A stretch of 32,000 bases of DNA from Aliivibrio fischeri ES114. GTDB taxonomy: Bacteria; Pseudomonadota; Gammaproteobacteria; Enterobacterales; Vibrionaceae. Positions 26,495 through 32,000 of the stretch are shown piece by piece. Location of the stretch: the NCBI RefSeq assembly GCF_000011805.1, contig NC_006840.2, one strand, 5' to 3'. Both the position numbers and the translations under genes were made by a program. The stretch's first letter is position 1. Each line of letters begins with the position of its first letter. The notes under the pieces were generated by a model. That model saw nothing but the letters and a program-made list of their open reading frames with translations, was not told the origin of the DNA and searched no databases.

Positions 26495-26509
26495 TAGAAA
26501 ATTTTTCTA
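26495..26509. promoter_or_regulatory. Candidate Lrp-family operator in the divergent decR / PLP-enzyme promoter region
   Basis: TAGAAAATTTTTCTA is a perfect 7-1-7 palindrome. It satisfies all 15 positions of the E. coli Lrp SELEX consensus YAGHAWATTWTDCTR. Confidence 0.45.
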
Positions 26510-26600
26510 TTTTATTACCAATATGAAGTAAATATAGCAAAGTTTTTCTCATCGAACAGCGGTAAATTATTCACATAGTCACTTTTAAAGGAAAATCATT

Positions 26601-27665
26601 ATGTGTACCGATCATAATTGGATAAATAACGCTATTCGTAAAATTGAAGCAGATTACCAACGCTCTGCTGATACGCATCTTATTAAACTTGATTTGCCTA
26701 TGCTTGAAGGTATCGATGTATACCTAAAAGATGAAAGTACACATCCAACAGGCTCCCTTAAACACCGTTTAGCACGCTCTCTATTTCTTTATGCTATTTC
26801 TAACGGTTGGATTGGTCCAAACACACCAATTATAGAATCATCATCTGGCAGCACTGCCGTATCAGAAGCGTATTTTGCGCGTTTATTAGGTTTGCCATTC
26901 ATTGCCGTTGTACCTCGTAAAACAGCAACGAAAAAAATTGAAATGATTAAGTTTTATGGCGGCCAAGCGCACTTTGTAGAACGTTCTGATGAGATCTACG
27001 CTGAATCTCGCCGTCTAGCTGAAGAACTAAATGGTCACTACATGGACCAATTTACTTATGCTGAACGTGCCACTGACTGGCGTGGTAACAACAACATTGC
27101 AGATAGTATTTTCCGTCAAATGAAATTAGAAGACCACCCAGAACCAACATGGGTTGTAATGAACCCTGGCACAGGTGGTACTTCAGCAACGATCGGTCGC
27201 TTTATCCGTTATCAAAAATACAATACAAAACTGTGCGTTGTTGACCCTGAAAATTCCGTTTTCCATGATTTCTATAAAACAGGCAATAAAGAGCTAACAT
27301 TAGATGCTGGAAGTAAAATTGAAGGGATTGGCCGCCCTCGCGTAGAACCAAGTTTTATTCCTGGTGTTATTGATGAAATGCGTACTATCCCGGATGTTGC
27401 GAGTGTCGCTACTGCACGTTGGTTAGAAGGCATTCTTGGTCGTAAGGCTGGCGCTTCTACAGGTACTAACCTATTTGGTGCATTACAACTCGCTTGTGAA
27501 ATGCAACAACGTGGAGAGAAAGGTTCTATTGTCACTCTATTATGTGATAGTGGTGAGCGATACCTTGATACCTATTATAACGATGAGTGGGTTGCGAATA
27601 ATATTGGCGATTTAACACCAACTTTAGCCCTATTGGCTAATTTTGAGAAAACAGGTCAACTGTAA
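26601..27665 (+). CDS. PLP-dependent enzyme of the cysteine synthase / beta-family (fold type II); possible cysteine-metabolising lyase
   Basis: PLP-lysine motif HPTGSLKHR and the glycine loop [12 protein letters not shown]. Its size and layout fit the CysK/CBS-like family. The specific activity cannot be assigned from sequence reading. Confidence 0.75.
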   Translation: MCTDHNWINNAIRKIEADYQRSADTHLIKLDLPMLEGIDVYLKDESTHPTGSLKHRLARSLFLYAISNGWIGPNTPIIESSSGSTAVSEAYFARLLGLPFIAVVPRKTATKKIEMIKFYGGQAHFVERSDEIYAESRRLAEELNGHYMDQFTYAERATDWRGNNNIADSIFRQMKLEDHPEPTWVVMNPGTGGTSATIGRFIRYQKYNTKLCVVDPENSVFHDFYKTGNKELTLDAGSKIEGIGRPRVEPSFIPGVIDEMRTIPDVASVATARWLEGILGRKAGASTGTNLFGALQLACEMQQRGEKGSIVTLLCDSGERYLDTYYNDEWVANNIGDLTPTLALLANFEKTGQL

Positions 27666-27723
27666 AGCAAAGTTATAATAATAACGTCAGTTTGGCTTAA
27701 CACCATTTATTGGTATTAACCGC

Positions 27724-27752
27724 AAAGCCATCGATTATCGATGGCTTTTTTA
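27724..27752 (+). terminator. Intrinsic terminator of the PLP-enzyme gene
   Basis: agccatcga/tcgatggct stem followed by six T. Confidence 0.7.
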
Positions 27753-27794
27753 TTACAATATCAATAAATAACTCTACTGAGATTTCCTATTATT

Positions 27795-28478
27795 ATGTCG
27801 ACTGCAATCGTTGTATTTAGTGGCGGACAAGATTCCACCACTTGTTTAATTCAAGCATTAACTCAATATGATCATGTTCATTGTATTACTTTTGATTATG
27901 GCCAACGTCATAATCAAGAAATTGAAGTAGCGAAAAAAGTCTCGATTGAACTTGGTGCAGCTTCTCATAAAGTCATGGATGTCGGCTTATTAAATGAATT
28001 AGCCGTGAGTTCACTTACTCGTGACAACATTCCTGTTTCTCATGAGCTTCAAGAAAATGGCCTGCCAAACTCTTTCGTCCCAGGTCGTAATATTCTCTTC
28101 TTAACGCTTGCTGGCATCTATGCGTATCAATTAGGCGCTGAAGCTGTCATTACAGGTGTCTGTGAGACAGATTTCTCAGGTTACCCAGATTGTCGCGATG
28201 AGTTCGTAAAATCCATTAACCAATCTCTTGTTCTTGGTATGGATCGCCAACTTGAAATTAAAACACCACTAATGTGGTTAAATAAAGCCGAAACATGGGC
28301 TCTTGCTGATAAGTATGGCAAATTAGATTATGTTCGTAATCATACTCTAACCTGTTATAACGGTGTGATTGGTGACGGTTGTGGCGATTGCCCATCGTGT
28401 GATTTGCGCAAAAATGGCTTAGATGCTTACCTAGAAAATAAAGAACCTGTAATGGCTGATTTAGAATCTAAACTCTAA
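27795..28478 (+). CDS. queC: 7-cyano-7-deazaguanine (preQ0) synthase
   Basis: PP-loop [17 protein letters not shown], and the C-terminal zinc cysteines CYNG...[11 protein letters not shown]. Confidence 0.93.
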   Translation: MSTAIVVFSGGQDSTTCLIQALTQYDHVHCITFDYGQRHNQEIEVAKKVSIELGAASHKVMDVGLLNELAVSSLTRDNIPVSHELQENGLPNSFVPGRNILFLTLAGIYAYQLGAEAVITGVCETDFSGYPDCRDEFVKSINQSLVLGMDRQLEIKTPLMWLNKAETWALADKYGKLDYVRNHTLTCYNGVIGDGCGDCPSCDLRKNGLDAYLENKEPVMADLESKL

Positions 28479-28501
28479 AAAGCGTTATCTCTTTTAAAAA
28501 T

Positions 28502-28535
28502 AAAAAGGCCACCACGATTAAGTGATGGCCTTTTT
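28502..28535. terminator. Bidirectional terminator between queC and the RND pump gene
   Basis: aaaaaggccaccac...gtgatggccttttt stem (one mismatch) with A and T runs on both sides. Confidence 0.65.
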
Positions 28536-28554
28536 ATTTACTTAAAAACCAATA

Positions 28555-31500
28555 TTAATGGGAAATTCGCCCTTTAATATCATGATCTAATTCTTTATTT
28601 AGTAGATCCTCAACATAACCTGGAGAATGCGTTCCACCCGAGATTAAGCGATACATTGCAGGAATAACAAACAAGGTTACCAAGGTCGCAAATGCCATAC
28701 CAAAGAAAATAACCGTACCAACCGCTACTCGGCTTTCATAGCCAGCACCTGTTGATACAATTAATGGAATAGCACCAGCAAGTGTTGTAAATGCGGTCAT
28801 TAGAATAGGTCGTAAACGTCGAGCTGAAGCATCAACAATCGCCTGTTCAAGTTCAACGCCTTTATCTCGTAGTTGGTTGGCAAATTCCACAATTAAAATA
28901 CCGTTTTTAGTCACCATACCAATGAGCATGATCATACCGATCTGACTATAAATATTCAGGCCTTGATTCATTAACAACAAACCTAAGAAACCACCAAATA
29001 CCCCCATTGGCACCGTAAACATAACAACCAACGGGTTAATAAAGCTTTCAAACTGTGCTGCCAGTACCAAATAAGCCACTAATAGAGCTAAACCAAATAC
29101 AACAAGAATACTGGATTGGTTCTCTTTAAAGTCTTTAGATTCGCCAGTATAGCCAACAGATATATCACTTGGTAATATCTCAATCGCCTTCGCATCCAAA
29201 TAATTCAATGCGTCACCTAAGGTTGCACCATCTTTTAAATTAGCGCTTAAGGTAATCGATTTTTGCTTATTAATATGTGATAAACGAATAGCCGATGCGA
29301 CTTCATTAATCTTAGTGACCGTATCAAGTGTCACCAAATCCCCTGATGACGTTCGCATATAAATCTGACTTAAATCAGCAGCATTATTAAAACTGTTTTC
29401 ATCGCCGCGAAGATAAACATCATATTCTTCTCCACGCTCAACAAACGTGGTTTCACTTTTACCACCGAGCATGATTTCAAGGGTATCCGAAATATCAGAG
29501 ATCTTAATACCTAACTCCGCAGCACGGTGGCGATCAACCGATACCACTAATTCAGGTGTTTTTTCTGAATAGTTAATATCAGCACCTTCCATTAATGGAC
29601 TGTTATTCGCCTCTGCTTTTAATATCTCGCCCCATTTTTGTAGCTCACTGTAATCTGAACCGCCCAATACAAATTGAACTGGTTCACTTGAGCCACCACG
29701 GAAGCCAGGCATCATTGGAAATACACGCACATCAGGAATATCAGCAAGTGCATTTCTGATCACTCCCAATCCTTGTTGAGCAGTTAAGTCACGATCTTCC
29801 CAATCCTCTAAGATCATAATAACAAAACCCGTTTGATCCCCTGCATTACCACCAAACGCTGGTGATTGAATACTGAATGATTTCAAAAAGCCTTTACCCA
29901 ATAACGGCATTAAACGCTCTTCAACAATATCCATATTCGAACTCATGCGGTTGTAACTGGTTGCATCCGCACCTCGAACAAAAGCAAATAATACGCCACG
30001 GTCTTCCTGTGGTGTTAATTGAGATGGTACGTACTGCATCAAGCCATAACTACCACCAATACACGCAAGAATAATCACAGGGGCTAACAAACGCCACGCT
30101 ACGGCTTTCGATACTGCTTTACGATAACTACGTTCTAATGCTGAGAAAACTTTATCGATAAATAAGTTAAAACGATTCGGCTTCACATTTGCTTTTAAAA
30201 TCTTACTACCTAAAACAGGTGTCAGTGTTAACGCGATCAATGAAGAGAACAGAACTGACATAGCAAGCAATACTGAAAATTCAGTAAAGAGCAAACCAAC
30301 CATTCCATCCATAAATGAAATCGGTAAGAACACCATGACAAGCACTAAGGTCGTCGCAATAACGGCAAAACCTACTTCTCTCGCTCCTTTATAAGCAGCA
30401 AGTAATGGTGACTCTCCTTTTTCTAAATGATGGAAAATATTTTCAACCACTACAATGGCGTCATCCACCACCAAACCAATGGATAAAATCAACGCCATCA
30501 AGGTGATTAAGTTAATAGAGAAACCAAAGTAATAAGCGGCAATAAATGATGATATTAATGAAACAGGAACGGTTACCGCAGGGATCAAGGTTGCACGAGC
30601 CTGCCCAATAAAGATATACAGAACCAGAATAACCAGCCCACCAGTAATAAATAGTGTGCTATAGACCTCTGCAATTGAACGCTCAATAAATACCGTTGAG
30701 TCATAATCAATCGCTAAACGAGTTCCTTTTGGCAAAAATTGCTGGATCTTAGCGACTTCTTCGTGAACTAAGTTTGCCACATCTAATGGGTTGGCATCTG
30801 ATTGAGGAACGATCCCCATACTAACGTTTACTACGCCATCGCTTTTAAATGTTGAGTTTTCATTTTCTGCACCAATAAATACATCAGCAACATCTTTTAA
30901 ATAAATAGGTGTTCCATCACTGGCTGTTTTCACCACCAAGTAATTAAAGTCTTCTGCCTTATTATATAAACGCTCAGTTCTAACCGACATGACTATGGCA
31001 TCATTTCGAACTTCACCGCCAGGACTTTCAATATTTTCAGAACGAAGTGCTGCTGTAATGTCTGATGCCGTTACGCCACGCCCAGCCATTAAATCTGGTT
31101 GTAGCTTCACATACATCACTTTATAAAGGCCACCAGAGACATCAACAGAACTCACGCCAGTAATTAAGCTAAAACGGTCAACCAATACACGCTCGATGTA
31201 ATCTGTTAACTCGGTTCTGTCCATTACACTTGAGCTTAAATTAATATAAAGAGAGGCTTCACCACTGCCGTTATTTTTAAATACAATAGGATCATCGGCT
31301 TCATCAGGTAAGCTACGTTGTGCACGGGCAACCGCATCACGAATATCACTCACTCCAGTATTTAAATCATACCCTAGATCAAAAGTAATCATGATACGAG
31401 ACATGCTATTTCGCGTAGTAGACTCGATTTCATCAATCCCACTGATACCAGAGAGCTGGTCTTCTAATACCGTTGTAATTTGGCTTTCAATAATGGTTGC

Positions 31501-31665
31501 AGAGGCTCCCTCATAACGAGTACTGATCGAAACAACTGGGCTTTCAATATCAGGCATTTCACGAACAGCCAATTTACTGAACGACACCGCACCAAATACA
31601 CACAACAGCAAACTTAAAACAATGGCTACCACTGGTCTTTTTACTGAAACATCAGATAACCACAT
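28555..31665 (-). CDS. RND multidrug efflux permease (AcrB/HAE1 family)
   Basis: 1036 aa with a 12-TM RND layout. It has the N-terminal SVKRPVVAIVLSLLL, the conserved GLVVDDAIVVVENI, and a second-half repeat (GMVTKNGILIVEFAN). Confidence 0.93.
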   Translation of the reverse strand: MWLSDVSVKRPVVAIVLSLLLCVFGAVSFSKLAVREMPDIESPVVSISTRYEGASATIIESQITTVLEDQLSGISGIDEIESTTRNSMSRIMITFDLGYDLNTGVSDIRDAVARAQRSLPDEADDPIVFKNNGSGEASLYINLSSSVMDRTELTDYIERVLVDRFSLITGVSSVDVSGGLYKVMYVKLQPDLMAGRGVTASDITAALRSENIESPGGEVRNDAIVMSVRTERLYNKAEDFNYLVVKTASDGTPIYLKDVADVFIGAENENSTFKSDGVVNVSMGIVPQSDANPLDVANLVHEEVAKIQQFLPKGTRLAIDYDSTVFIERSIAEVYSTLFITGGLVILVLYIFIGQARATLIPAVTVPVSLISSFIAAYYFGFSINLITLMALILSIGLVVDDAIVVVENIFHHLEKGESPLLAAYKGAREVGFAVIATTLVLVMVFLPISFMDGMVGLLFTEFSVLLAMSVLFSSLIALTLTPVLGSKILKANVKPNRFNLFIDKVFSALERSYRKAVSKAVAWRLLAPVIILACIGGSYGLMQYVPSQLTPQEDRGVLFAFVRGADATSYNRMSSNMDIVEERLMPLLGKGFLKSFSIQSPAFGGNAGDQTGFVIMILEDWEDRDLTAQQGLGVIRNALADIPDVRVFPMMPGFRGGSSEPVQFVLGGSDYSELQKWGEILKAEANNSPLMEGADINYSEKTPELVVSVDRHRAAELGIKISDISDTLEIMLGGKSETTFVERGEEYDVYLRGDENSFNNAADLSQIYMRTSSGDLVTLDTVTKINEVASAIRLSHINKQKSITLSANLKDGATLGDALNYLDAKAIEILPSDISVGYTGESKDFKENQSSILVVFGLALLVAYLVLAAQFESFINPLVVMFTVPMGVFGGFLGLLLMNQGLNIYSQIGMIMLIGMVTKNGILIVEFANQLRDKGVELEQAIVDASARRLRPILMTAFTTLAGAIPLIVSTGAGYESRVAVGTVIFFGMAFATLVTLFVIPAMYRLISGGTHSPGYVEDLLNKELDHDIKGRISH

Positions 31666-31667
31666 GA

Positions 31668-32000
31668 TTACTGTACCTCAGTTTTATTTTGTTCAAGTTG
31701 TTTAACCGTCACACCATCACGCATGTTAACTAAACCTTGAACTACAATTTCATCACCTACATTTAAACCACTAGCGATGACAACACGGTTTTCAACACGA
31801 GCGCCTAAAGTAACTTCGGTGCGAATTGCTTTGTTATCTTCACCTACAACATACACATAACGCTTAGTACCAGAGTACTCTAAAGCTTGAACAGGAATAA
31901 TAGGTGCATTAATAGCAGGGAAATCTAACGTCGCAGCCATCAGCATTCCCGGTTTCATTTTCAGATCTTTATTAGGGAATTCAATACGAACACGTAAATT
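31668..32000 (-). CDS. RND efflux periplasmic adaptor (MFP), C-terminal part; the gene continues beyond the window
   Basis: The frame stays open to the window edge (…NLRVRIEFPNKDLKMKPGMLM…). This is a typical MFP beta-barrel / membrane-proximal domain sequence. Its stop lies 2 nt before the RND ATG. Confidence 0.8.
   Translation of the reverse strand, partial: NLRVRIEFPNKDLKMKPGMLMAATLDFPAINAPIIPVQALEYSGTKRYVYVVGEDNKAIRTEVTLGARVENRVVIASGLNVGDEIVVQGLVNMRDGVTVKQLEQNKTEVQ

Noticed and set aside
27666-27794. preQ1 riboswitch upstream of queC
   Set aside because: The spacer is occupied by the terminator of the upstream gene and AT-rich promoter-like sequence. There is no preQ1-I or preQ1-II hairpin with an A-rich tail.
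1-32000. CRISPR arrays, IS elements, integrases, prophage genes and toxin-antitoxin pairs
   Set aside because: No regularly spaced direct repeats, transposase or integrase-like ORFs, terminal inverted repeats or small paired ORFs were seen on either strand.

Overview
This is an AT-rich gammaproteobacterial chromosome segment. The gene content and local gene order look Vibrionaceae-like: torR-torD-purR-tfoY, plus the enterobacterial-type tesB-ybaY-atl, decR and queC neighbourhood. I support about 27 protein genes, most of them conserved housekeeping genes:
- Left end: pldA, a DExH helicase, maeA, sanA and a GGEEF diguanylate cyclase.
- Middle: a MipA/OmpV-like outer membrane protein, a dedicated ECF transporter, two orphan lipoproteins, rluF, torR, torD and purR.
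- Right end: tfoY, atl, ybaY, tesB, decR, a PLP-dependent enzyme, queC and an RND pump with a partial adaptor gene.

RNA features are a tandemly duplicated tRNA Cys-Gly-Leu operon (six tRNAs) and a class I c-di-GMP (GEMM-I) riboswitch in the tfoY leader. Many intrinsic-terminator hairpins are visible. I saw no CRISPR array, transposase, integrase, phage gene or recognisable defence module.

I cannot point to a convincing new multi-gene system. The best leads are:
- the block at 9.4-15.3 kb next to the tRNA cluster, which holds an ECF transporter with an unassigned S component and a 722-aa multidomain lipoprotein;
- an outer membrane protein that looks like a MipA / PagL-like fusion;
- a DecR-like regulator facing a PLP enzyme across a perfect Lrp-consensus box;
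- a promoter, PUR half-site and terminator arrangement between torD and purR.

All homology statements come from reading the translated ORFs against remembered family sequences and motifs. No searches were run.
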